Shown: in pieces, positions 11,001-18,942 of the stretch
Numbering within the stretch: position 1 is the first letter of the stretch
How the letters are laid out: every line of letters starts with the position of its first letter
From: an uncultured Bacteroidales bacterium
Lineage (GTDB): Bacteria > Bacteroidota > Bacteroidia > Bacteroidales > PWNQ01
Direction of reading: 5' to 3'
DNA: 64,000 nt
Assembly (NCBI GenBank): GCA_964477095.1
Contig: CAYZDA010000007.1
Span: 13,446 to 77,445 of the forward strand
Program-made: the position numbers and the translations under genes
Notes under the pieces: model-generated
The model's database searches: none
Told to the model about the DNA's origin: nothing
Seen by the model: only the letters and a program-made list of their open reading frames with translations

Positions 11001-11094
11001 CCTGCTGGAAACAGGATTTGATGCCTGCATCCGCATGGAGAACTGCATTAGTGAATTGAACGAATTTCTTAGTAACAAAAAAGCAGGAAGCTAA
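8041..11094 (+). CDS. TPR-repeat transmembrane sensor with PAS domain, degenerate histidine-kinase core and pseudo-receiver (predicted pseudokinase)
   Basis: Signal/TM segment, about 9 TPR-like repeats (LNNFARLY, LINIGVLNW, LTNIGTIYF, TSNMASVYL, LNNMATVA, YTNLGSLY), a coiled coil, TM AFLWLVIILFVIIVFLLVY and a PAS segment (SGIAIADVNETITFMNNAFTQMLGYERDELLGK). H-box reads FLKNINQELRIPLN, with Gln at 10021-10023 where the phospho-acceptor His is expected. I prefer the ATG at 8041 because the track's TTG at 8008 lies inside a TAnnTTTG promoter motif. Confidence 0.75.
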   Translation: MKNSRYYMLAAVCMTIALLIPVLSHAYSHEQIADSLKQELTETRNSEKKFNILHQLAEVYYKEDPEQAKEYISRAITIARNDNNKKGMLLACDYLGTLHRQLGNYDSSLYYHQKAMKYLKSVDQPLMKARALNNFARLYQVENKLDSALHYYNKSLIIKEKHGDPEDISNTLINIGVLNWRQAKYIKAQEYFFDALKIKRENNAPPEIISAILTNIGTIYFTTEKYDLALKYYKESFQLKSEAGDKRGMGTVTSNMASVYLKQEKLDSAMIFMEQALELKRALKDKRGIAGVLNNMATVAKKQEKYSEALDYNTQALELREEIGDQRGMAASYTNLGSLYILQNNLSKSEDALLKAQQIAEKNDFKRILENVYLNLSELFLERNNSSKALDYYKKYHELREELLSEQSLQRIEELEQEYRQHQDKEELRRQEAENKLISTQLLSSKRKTAFLWLVIILFVIIVFLLVYQNYIKRKYNKKLKEANANLDKRVRTRTHELQVENDERRKVESNLRESEEKYRTVTETVNSGIAIADVNETITFMNNAFTQMLGYERDELLGKSLEMIVSAKTFARFKEETRKRKEKGTSSQYMVKIHRKDGQELDAILSAAPLYNNQGRFVGGVAAITDVTEMKRAEKSITNALSKSDRINNIKNQFLKNINQELRIPLNNIIGMSEVLLNEPEHLLSNEQKELINTIHDSAEDIKHELLNISNLAQITASDIHTRSEDVNLSNVLMEVKRSLGKEDAEIQLIKPEDDVLVNGDKKVVTNIMGSLLENAVIHTNNNKVDVKLSRDLVKNMARVEIINKGKPLSRQQLEKILDPFDETRIENPRQRKKKYDYSLVWIRKMLQILNGKFEIHPFEETNIVLVLIPLFVSAPASDQCEEKLSKILKDQKSNLILFSNSKKLDDISERIQEKVMQVQHIKNVKHFIDKLESGERISENAVILIDSMLDEPWSMQKTMLKIRQYAQDNAKFVAVIKGTCKENENLLETGFDACIRMENCISELNEFLSNKKAGS

Positions 11095-11096
11095 TA

Positions 11097-13646
11097 ATGA
11101 GGTTAAGGCTTCTTCTTATGGTCTTCTGCCTAGCACTTGTATCAAGCCTGCCAGGCCAAAATGAAATGGAGAAGATTGACAGCTTGTGGGCTGAAGCAAA
11201 ACAATCAAGCCTGGATACTTCGCTAATCAATATCTACCATGACCTGGCAGTAGATCTCGACATAGCAGGGATGACTGACTCTTCAATGAAGGTGCAGGCC
11301 CTGATGCTTGAAAAAGCTCAGCGGATTAATTACAGGGCCGGTATCGCTAAAGCCATTGCACATAAAGGCCGGCTGTATATTGATGCAGGACGGCTTAAAG
11401 AGAGCGAAATTCTGCTGAAAAAAGCAACTAAGATTGATTCTAGTATTGGTAGAAATGACCTCCTCAGGTATCATATAAATTTTCTTGGAATACTCTATAT
11501 CTATTCAAATGAACCAGATAAAGCCAGGGAAGCATTCCAGAAGGTAATAAAGATGGCTGATAAAGGCAAAGACAGCCTTCGCATGTCACAAGCCTATAAT
11601 AACCTGGGATTGATCTATCAGCGTGAGGGAAAACATTCCAAAAGTGCCCGTCAATTCATGAAGGTACTTGAGATTGCACATGATCTTAATGATAATATGA
11701 CAATTGCTCATGCCTGCTCCAATCTGGGGATCTCCAATAAAAACCTGCGTAATTACGACCGGGCTATACAATATCATCAAACTGCACTGGAGCACTATAA
11801 AAAAGCCGGCTATCAACAAGGAATCATTACTACATTAACCAATATGGCACTCACTTATAGCGAAGAGGGCAAGCTCGATTCAGCACTTTACATGAACAGA
11901 AGAGCCTTACATTATAAGGACCAAATAATTCCCCGCAGTCTGGCATTTATTTATAATAATATGGGTACTGTTTACCTAAAGAAAAATGACCCGGAACGAG
12001 CCGGGCATTTTCTGAGAAAAGCATTGACTTACTTCAAAAAAGTAAATTCCCATTATTATCTTACAGCAGCCTACGCAAATACAGGTGAAGCTTATCTTAG
12101 AATGAACAATCTAAGTATGGCAGAGAAATACCTGGACAGCGCACTCGCCTATAGCGATAGTTCTGGTGCAATTGAATACAGAAAGATTATTTATGGAAAT
12201 ATTGCCAAGTTAAATGAAAGAAAAGGAGATTATGATGAGGCACTTAGTGCCCTTAAGATGTTCTCCGAACTGGAAGATTCATTAAAAACGAGAGATCATC
12301 TCGCGGAGCTTCAGCAAATAGAAGCTGAATATCTGCTGAAAAAAGGAGAAAAAGAAAAAGCTGACTTAACCAGGCAATACAAGGTTCAGAAACTGGAGAT
12401 CGCACAGGAGGAAAGAAAAAAGCAGATCATCTGGATTGCTATTATTCTGCTTGCAGCAGTAGCAGTACTCATTTTGTCAAAATATTACATTGATAAAAGA
12501 AACAAGAATGAGTTAGTTAGAAAAAACAAGCAATATTCCGATGCCCTTAATCAATTAAAGCACAACAAGTATCAAAATGAAGCCATCCTGAAGGCCCTAC
12601 CTGATATTCTGTTTATTTTTGATCCACATGGCCGTTATCTTGACATAAAAACCAGTGATGAATCTCTGCTGGCGTTTCCGCGCAATGAGCTTATAAATAA
12701 AAATATCAGCGAAATACTTCCTCCTGAGCAGGCGGAGATTTTTATGACCGCACTGAAAAAGGCTCTGCATAGCAATAAAGTTGAAGTTGTAGAATATACC
12801 CTTACCATAAAAAATATTAAGCGTAATTTCGAAGCCCGGTTAACGCCAATGGATAATACCAGTGTGCTGTGTATTGTCCGTGATATTACAGATGAAAAAG
12901 ACCAGCTGCACCAGTTGGAAAAATCGCGGCAGGCCCTGAAGGAAGTAAATGCTTCAAAGGACAGGTTTTTTTCCATAATCGCCCATGACCTGAAGAATCC
13001 TTTTAATGCTCTTATCGGTTTTTCGTCATTGCTGAATGAGGATTTTGATGATTTCACTGATGAAGAGCGCAGAGAATACATCAGGCAGATATACCAGGCT
13101 TCCGACAGCCTTTTCAGCCTGCTGGAAAACTTGCTGGAATGGACAAAAGCCCAAACCGGAAAACTTGAATTTAAGCCAGAGCCAGTACTGCTTACAGAAG
13201 TTATTCAGAAAAATCTTAATATCCTGGTTCCTGAGGCGCATCAGAAAAACATTGAAATTGAATTCCTTGATCACACTCCGGAGAATACCACGGTGTATGC
13301 CGACAAGAACATGCTCACGAGCATAATCCGCAATCTCACAGCCAATGCCATTAAGTTCACACATCCCGGTGGAAAAATAACCATTACATCAATTACCGAA
13401 GGAAAGATGTTGAAATGTGCCATTGCTGATAACGGTATAGGTATTGATAAGGAGGATCAGGAAAAGCTCTTCCGTATTGATTCCGATGTCCGGAAATTGG
13501 GGACACATAATGAGCAGGGAACCGGCCTGGGCTTGCTTCTGTGCAAGGAGTTCACAGAACGGCAGGGAGGTAAAATATGGGTAAGAAGCCTTAAAGGTAA
13601 GGGAACTACTTTCTATTTCACTATTCCTTTGGATGCTACAGAATAG
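11097..13646 (+). CDS. TPR-repeat transmembrane sensor histidine kinase (PAS, HisKA, HATPase_c)
   Basis: Signal peptide, TPR repeats, TM IIWIAIILLAAVAVLILS and a PAS segment. Intact H-box FFSIIAHDLKNPFNAL, N-box NLTANAIKFT, G1 IADNGIGI and G2 GTGLGLLLCKEF. Starts 2 nt after the stop of the preceding paralog. Confidence 0.85.
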   Translation: MRLRLLLMVFCLALVSSLPGQNEMEKIDSLWAEAKQSSLDTSLINIYHDLAVDLDIAGMTDSSMKVQALMLEKAQRINYRAGIAKAIAHKGRLYIDAGRLKESEILLKKATKIDSSIGRNDLLRYHINFLGILYIYSNEPDKAREAFQKVIKMADKGKDSLRMSQAYNNLGLIYQREGKHSKSARQFMKVLEIAHDLNDNMTIAHACSNLGISNKNLRNYDRAIQYHQTALEHYKKAGYQQGIITTLTNMALTYSEEGKLDSALYMNRRALHYKDQIIPRSLAFIYNNMGTVYLKKNDPERAGHFLRKALTYFKKVNSHYYLTAAYANTGEAYLRMNNLSMAEKYLDSALAYSDSSGAIEYRKIIYGNIAKLNERKGDYDEALSALKMFSELEDSLKTRDHLAELQQIEAEYLLKKGEKEKADLTRQYKVQKLEIAQEERKKQIIWIAIILLAAVAVLILSKYYIDKRNKNELVRKNKQYSDALNQLKHNKYQNEAILKALPDILFIFDPHGRYLDIKTSDESLLAFPRNELINKNISEILPPEQAEIFMTALKKALHSNKVEVVEYTLTIKNIKRNFEARLTPMDNTSVLCIVRDITDEKDQLHQLEKSRQALKEVNASKDRFFSIIAHDLKNPFNALIGFSSLLNEDFDDFTDEERREYIRQIYQASDSLFSLLENLLEWTKAQTGKLEFKPEPVLLTEVIQKNLNILVPEAHQKNIEIEFLDHTPENTTVYADKNMLTSIIRNLTANAIKFTHPGGKITITSITEGKMLKCAIADNGIGIDKEDQEKLFRIDSDVRKLGTHNEQGTGLGLLLCKEFTERQGGKIWVRSLKGKGTTFYFTIPLDATE

Positions 13647-14550
13647 TGAATTTTTCCAGATCAGCAGCAGCATATGATTCCGGGAATATCTCCCTGGCCT
13701 GTTGCAAGAGCTCGTCCAGGTTACGATAGCGGGCAGAAAAATGGCCAAGTATTAGCTTTTTACATCCCGCCTTCTTGGCTATCGTTGCTGCCTGAGCTGA
13801 AGTAGAATGATTCCTGCGGGCTGCCAGTTCTTCTTCATCATTTTTATAACTTGCCTCATGATAAAGGGTGTTGGCGGGTTTAATGGCCCGGGCCAGACCA
13901 GGAAAATACCTGGTATCTGAACAATAAGCGTATCCGCGTGGTTCGGGCGGATCTATAGTGATATGCTTGTTGTGGTGCAGCTTCCCCTGCCGGTCTTTAT
14001 AATCGGCACCTTTCTTTATGGCTCTTATTTCTGAAATTTCAGGCTGATATTTCTTAACGAAATCTTTCCTGATATTTCGCTCTTTTTCTTTTTCCTGAAA
14101 TACAAAACCCCAGGCAGATAATCCATGTTCCAAAAACACTGTACGGATAAGTATAAGGTCATCCTCATAAACTGTCTCCTCCTGTTTTTCATTCAGATTA
14201 TGGAAGTTTATATTAAACCCCAACTGATCATGGCTGTAATAAACCAGTGGCATCACCAGTTTCCTAAGGTTACTGGCTGCATATATATCCAGTGATTTTT
14301 CCCTTCCCACCAAATGCATGGATGACAGCAATCCGGGCAAACCAAAGAAATGGTCGCCGTGCAGATGGCTGATAAAAATCTTTTCGATTTTCTGAAGGCC
14401 AACACCAGTCCGGGCCAATCGTAGTTGAGCACCTTCGCCGCAATCCATTAAAAAGAAGCGCCCGCGATAATTAATTAACTGGGCGCTTGGAAATCTTTCT
14501 CTGGTGGGAATTGCAGAAGAACTTCCCAGAATAGTTACGTCAAATGTCAT
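13636..14550 (-). CDS. rnz: Ribonuclease Z (tRNA 3' endonuclease, metallo-beta-lactamase fold)
   Basis: MTFDVTILGSSSAIPT N-terminus, HxHxDH motif SHLHGDHFFGLPGLL, C-terminal LGHFSARY. 304 aa. Confidence 0.85.
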   Translation of the reverse strand: MTFDVTILGSSSAIPTRERFPSAQLINYRGRFFLMDCGEGAQLRLARTGVGLQKIEKIFISHLHGDHFFGLPGLLSSMHLVGREKSLDIYAASNLRKLVMPLVYYSHDQLGFNINFHNLNEKQEETVYEDDLILIRTVFLEHGLSAWGFVFQEKEKERNIRKDFVKKYQPEISEIRAIKKGADYKDRQGKLHHNKHITIDPPEPRGYAYCSDTRYFPGLARAIKPANTLYHEASYKNDEEELAARRNHSTSAQAATIAKKAGCKKLILGHFSARYRNLDELLQQAREIFPESYAAADLEKFTIL

Positions 14551-15290
14551 TTCCTGACAATCTTGCGGGTAACTACTTTATCAGCAGCTTTAATACGGTA
14601 AAAATACATGCCTGACGACAGTTCTGCTGTATCAAATACCACCTGGTTTTCCCCGGGTATAGCGTGAATTGTTTGCTCGTTCACCATATGCCCCACCATA
14701 TTATAGATCGCTACACTCACTTCTTTAGCTTTTTGCATACCAAAGCTTACTGTAAGAGAATTATGGAAGGGATTAGGAAAAGAAGTCACTTCATCTGGCA
14801 TATCAGAATGTGAGCCGGCACCCACATGAGTACTGTCGAACACCACGAGTTCATATCCGGTGTAGGTATAAGGGGCTGCAAATCCTGAGGCATAAGCCTG
14901 CATGTGGATCTGGATGCCGTGTGTACCTGTGTCGACGCTGGAAGGTGTACCGGTAATTAAAACACAGCCTGAGCTGTCGCCATGCCAATACCCTGAACTG
15001 CTGTTGGGATGATAACTGAACCCGGAAGGCAAACCGGAAACGCCGGTAACGCCAATGGAATCGACTGTTACATTTGTAGGTACTCCGCCAAACTCGATGG
15101 TCGAATCCTTGGGAACCACAATGGTGACCACCAGATTATAGGTAGCTGTTGCTGCAGCAGGCGGCAGGCCTGTGGTTGTATCGGGATATATTCCCGGATG
15201 AGTATAGTTACCCGGCGTACACTGTGCCTGTAGAGTGTAGCTGTATGTGGATATTATTATAATAACTAAAAAGGGTAATAATTTTTTCAT
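14547..15290 (-). CDS. Secreted protein with T9SS C-terminal sorting domain, function unknown
   Basis: Signal peptide MKKLLPFLVIIIISTYSYTLQAQ. C-terminal SFPNPFHNSLTVSF...LSSGMYFYRI is typical of a T9SS CTD. Its stop overlaps the rnz start (ATGA). Confidence 0.7.
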   Translation of the reverse strand: MKKLLPFLVIIIISTYSYTLQAQCTPGNYTHPGIYPDTTTGLPPAAATATYNLVVTIVVPKDSTIEFGGVPTNVTVDSIGVTGVSGLPSGFSYHPNSSSGYWHGDSSGCVLITGTPSSVDTGTHGIQIHMQAYASGFAAPYTYTGYELVVFDSTHVGAGSHSDMPDEVTSFPNPFHNSLTVSFGMQKAKEVSVAIYNMVGHMVNEQTIHAIPGENQVVFDTAELSSGMYFYRIKAADKVVTRKIVRK

Positions 15291-15383
15291 TTCATTTTTA
15301 GTTTTTTTTGTTCATATGTATAGACAACAAAAATCACGATTTTGTTACAAATATAAAAGAAAAATAATTATTTTAAAATACAA

Positions 15384-15406
15384 GGGGATGTATTATCTAC
15401 ACCCCC
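15384..15406 (-). terminator. Possible terminator hairpin after rpsA
   Basis: Imperfect hairpin ggggatgta-ttatc-tacacccc, followed on the minus strand by T-rich sequence. One bulge. Confidence 0.4.
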
Positions 15407-15432
15407 TCGCAATTTATAAGCAATACGACCTG

Positions 15433-17856
15433 TTATTTGTCTTTACCTGATTCTTCACCAGGCTTTTCTTCATCCTTCTTTTCTTCCGTTTCAACAGGCT
15501 TTTCTGCTTTTTTCTCCTCTTTTGCTTCTGGCTCCTCAGCCTTAGGCTCTTCTTTTTGTTCCTCCCTGGAATCTGCTTTATTCTGCTTAACTTCCTCTTT
15601 TGCCTTTTCCTCTGCTTCGCGAACTTTGGCTTTGGCATCTTTAGGAGTTATCTCATTTGCTTTGTCTTCTGCTGCCTCTTTTGCATCCTTATTAAGAGAA
15701 ACATCCTTATCAGGTTTCACATCACCCTGATCAGCGGCACTCTTTTTTTCTTCACGCTTTTTCATATAATCTTCAGCCTTTTCTTTTTCTTCAGCCTGAA
15801 GCTCAGATTTCAGATCGGCCAGAACGTCAAAATCTCCAAGGGTTGCCCTTTCAGAGCCTTCATTGATGTTCTTCATCGCTTTTGCAGTAGCTTTTGCTTT
15901 AGCTTTGCTGGCTGCTTTTTCCTTAGCTTTTTCGCCGGCCATCTTATCTTCAAAAATCCGGGAATGAGACACCACGATCTTACGCCCTTCTTTATTGAAT
16001 TCAATCACCTTGAAGTCGAGTGTTTCATCTTTCTTCACATTGCTTCCGTCCTCTTTCTTAAGGTGCTTCATAGGAGCGAATCCTTCAACACCGTATGGCA
16101 GAGTGATAAGGCCACCTTTATCTACCAGGCTTTCAACATTTCCTTTATGAATGGAGCCTTCAGTAAAGATTGTTTCAAACACATCCCATGGATTTTCCTC
16201 AAGCTGCTTGTGACCAAGGCTCAAACGACGGTTTTCCTTGTCCACTTCCAAAACTACTACATTAATGGAATCACCGATCTGCGTGAATTCAGCAGGGTGC
16301 TTGATCTTCTTGCTCCATGAGAGGTCGGAAATATGGATAAGTCCATCAACTCCTTCTTCCAGTTCCACGAAAATACCAAAGTTGGTAAAATTGCGCACTG
16401 TAGCTGTGTGCCTTGAGCCAACAGGATATTTCTGTTCAATTTCTTCCCATGGATCGGGCATAAGTTGTTTCATACCCAAAGACATCTTACGGTCTTCGCG
16501 ATCGAGAGTCAGGATAACAGCTTCCACCTCGTCACCAACTTTCAGGAAGTCATGAGCAGTGCGAAGATGTTGTGACCAGGACATTTCTGAAACATGGATA
16601 AGGCCTTCCACTCCGGGAGCGATCTCCACGAATGCACCATAATCAGCAACCACTACTACTTTACCCTTCACCTTATCACCAACCTTAAGTCCTTCATCCA
16701 ATGATTCCCATGGATGTGGTTGAAGTTGCTTCAACCCAAGGGCAATACGTTTTTTGTCATCATCAAAGTCAAGAATAACGACATTGAGTTTCTGATCCAG
16801 TTCCACGATCTCTTCGGGATGGTTTATACGTCCCCAGGAAAGATCGGTGATATGGATAAGGCCATCTACGCCGCCAAGGTCAATGAATACACCGTAGGAA
16901 GTGATATTTTTCACAGTACCTTCCAGTATCTGACCTTTTTCCAGTTTGGAAATGATCTCTGCTTTTTGTTTTTCCAGTTCGTCCTGGATAAGTGCTTTAT
17001 GCGAAACCACCACGTTCTTGAATTCATGGTTGATCTTAACCACTTTAAATTCCATGGTTTTACCCACAAACTGGTCATAATCACGAATAGGTTTCACATC
17101 GATCTGTGATCCTGGAAGGAATGCCTCCAACCCGAATACATCCACGATGAGCCCACCTTTTGTGCGACACTTAATATGTCCGTTGATAACTTCGTCTTTG
17201 TCGTGAGCAGCAATAACGCGCTCCCAGCTGCGCAGGATGCGTGCTTTGCGATGAGAAAGAACCAGTTGTCCTGAGCTGTCTTCTTTGTTTTCCACGTAAA
17301 CTTCCACCGGGTCACCAACCTTAAGGTCTTCACGGTAACGCAGTTCGTTCATAGAAATAAGCCCGTCGGATTTATAGCCAATGTTTACCACTACTTCGCG
17401 GTTATTCATGGCTACGATAACGCCGTCAATAACCTCCTGGTCATCAATAGTACTGAGCGTTTTATCATAAACTGATTCCAGTTCATTTCTTTTGTCAGTG
17501 GCGTAATCATCCACATCTTCATCAGCACTTTCCCAGTCAAAATCCTCCTGTGGAGTGGCAAATTCAGGAGTAGAAGGAATTTCCTGCTTTTTGCTTTCTT
17601 CTGGTTTTTCTTCAGCAGGCTTATCCTCAGCCTGTTTCTCCTCTTCCTGCTTTTTCTCAGCAGGTTGTTCTTCAGGCTTTTGGCTTGTTTCTTCAGCCTT
17701 TACTTCTTCCTGCTTTTTTTCTTCCTGCTGCTCAGGAGCTTTAGACTGCTCCTGGTTTTCAGCGTTTTGCTGTTCTGCTTTGTTTTCTTCGTTCATGTGA
17801 TAATTAATAAAATTCTTTGTGGCCCACGAAGGACCGGGTTTAACTAAATTTTCCAT
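15433..17856 (-). CDS. rpsA: 30S ribosomal protein S1 with long E/K-rich N- and C-terminal extensions
   Basis: Six S1 (OB-fold) repeats, e.g. GVIVAMNNREVVVNIGYKSDG, GHIKCRTKGGLIVDVFGLEAFLPGSQ, GTVKNITSYGVFIDLGGVDGLIHITD, GKVVVVADYGAFVEIAPGVEGLIHVSE, ATVRNFTNFGIFVELEEGVDGLIHISD. An alternative in-frame ATG lies at 17796 (MNEENKA). Confidence 0.9.
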   Translation of the reverse strand: MENLVKPGPSWATKNFINYHMNEENKAEQQNAENQEQSKAPEQQEEKKQEEVKAEETSQKPEEQPAEKKQEEEKQAEDKPAEEKPEESKKQEIPSTPEFATPQEDFDWESADEDVDDYATDKRNELESVYDKTLSTIDDQEVIDGVIVAMNNREVVVNIGYKSDGLISMNELRYREDLKVGDPVEVYVENKEDSSGQLVLSHRKARILRSWERVIAAHDKDEVINGHIKCRTKGGLIVDVFGLEAFLPGSQIDVKPIRDYDQFVGKTMEFKVVKINHEFKNVVVSHKALIQDELEKQKAEIISKLEKGQILEGTVKNITSYGVFIDLGGVDGLIHITDLSWGRINHPEEIVELDQKLNVVILDFDDDKKRIALGLKQLQPHPWESLDEGLKVGDKVKGKVVVVADYGAFVEIAPGVEGLIHVSEMSWSQHLRTAHDFLKVGDEVEAVILTLDREDRKMSLGMKQLMPDPWEEIEQKYPVGSRHTATVRNFTNFGIFVELEEGVDGLIHISDLSWSKKIKHPAEFTQIGDSINVVVLEVDKENRRLSLGHKQLEENPWDVFETIFTEGSIHKGNVESLVDKGGLITLPYGVEGFAPMKHLKKEDGSNVKKDETLDFKVIEFNKEGRKIVVSHSRIFEDKMAGEKAKEKAASKAKAKATAKAMKNINEGSERATLGDFDVLADLKSELQAEEKEKAEDYMKKREEKKSAADQGDVKPDKDVSLNKDAKEAAEDKANEITPKDAKAKVREAEEKAKEEVKQNKADSREEQKEEPKAEEPEAKEEKKAEKPVETEEKKDEEKPGEESGKDK

Positions 17857-17908
17857 TTAATATTCAGAAAGATATGTCCGTTAGACATAACCTCACTAAA
17901 AAGGCCTG

Positions 17909-17916
17909 CAAAATTA
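17909..17916 (-). promoter_or_regulatory. TAnnTTTG -7 element upstream of rpsA
   Basis: Minus strand reads taattttg. Confidence 0.5.
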
Positions 17917-18056
17917 TAAAATATTTTTGACAAGACCAAGTTTAAAGCCACTGATTTTGAATGATAATTAATTTTATGGCTGCCTGTTGGAAGTATGGTG
18001 GCTGATTTTTTGTTTCAGTTTAGGCAAATGCCGGCGGGTCAGGTAACGGCATGATC

Positions 18057-18911
18057 CTAAGCGGTCAATTCCAGTATCTCTTTTTTAACATTCTCCATCA
18101 GCCAGATGGGCGTGGAAGTTGCACCACTGATTCCAACACTCGCTGCCTGTTCAAACCAGTTGGCATTGATTTCCGACGGCTCACTCACGAAATAGCTGTT
18201 GGGATTGGTTGATTTGGCAATACTGAACAAATATCTCCCGTTTGAGCTCTGCTTTCCGCTCACGAAAATGATAAGATCATAATTTGCTACAAATTTCCTT
18301 AGTTGTAAAGCCCTGTTAGAAACCCTGGCGCATACCGACCGCTGAATGAAGAGATTTTGCTCATTAGCTGCAGCTTTCATAATGCCGGTAATCTGGCTGC
18401 AAAAGTCATGATAACGTTCTGCATCCATGGTCGTTTGAGAAAAAACCTTTACCGGGCGCGAACTGTCAATTTCCAGTTCCTGTATAGTCTGAACCACCTG
18501 AACATGACCTTTAACCCTTGATGCCAGGCCAATGCTTTCAGGATGATTTTTCTTACCAAAGATGATGACCTGATCCCCATTTTCCTGTCTTTTTACCATA
18601 TTCTGAAGACGAACCACTATGGGGCATGTTCCCTCCAGCAGGGCAATATCGTTATCCCAGGCAGTTTTATAGGTATCTTCCGGCTCACCATGTGCCCTGA
18701 TAAGTACTGTTTCATTATGCAGCTTTGAAAACTCTTCCCTGTTAATAGTCCGCAGTCCGAGTTTCGACAGCCTCTCTACTTCTGAAGGGTTATGCACCAG
18801 GTCACCCAGGCAATAAAGGTAGTCATGCTCTTTCAGATAATCTTCCACCATACGAACAGCATTCACCACGCCAAAACAAAAGCCTGCATCAGGATCAATC
18901 TTGATTCTCAT
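18057..18911 (-). CDS. ispH: 4-hydroxy-3-methylbut-2-enyl diphosphate reductase
   Basis: N-terminal DPDAGFCFGVVNAV with the first cluster Cys, plus RAHGEP, GTCPIV and SNGRYL motifs characteristic of IspH/LytB. 284 aa. Confidence 0.9.
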   Translation of the reverse strand: MRIKIDPDAGFCFGVVNAVRMVEDYLKEHDYLYCLGDLVHNPSEVERLSKLGLRTINREEFSKLHNETVLIRAHGEPEDTYKTAWDNDIALLEGTCPIVVRLQNMVKRQENGDQVIIFGKKNHPESIGLASRVKGHVQVVQTIQELEIDSSRPVKVFSQTTMDAERYHDFCSQITGIMKAAANEQNLFIQRSVCARVSNRALQLRKFVANYDLIIFVSGKQSSNGRYLFSIAKSTNPNSYFVSEPSEINANWFEQAASVGISGATSTPIWLMENVKKEILELTA

Positions 18912-18942
18912 ACTGCGAAATTACATATTTTCCTGGAACCTG

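Noticed and set aside
11283-13748. Minus-strand ORFs (63-148 aa) inside the intact TPR sensor kinase, including 13389-13748
   Set aside because: They are antisense to a kinase frame with all catalytic boxes, and the last one also overlaps the rnz 3' end out of frame.
15437-16555. Several long plus-strand ORFs (97, 254 and 105 aa) antisense to rpsA, plus others at 16714-17109 and 17555-17847
   Set aside because: They mirror the low-complexity E/K-rich and conserved S1 coding sequence on the opposite strand. Their products are S/F/L-rich nonsense with no motifs. The rpsA frame is unambiguous.
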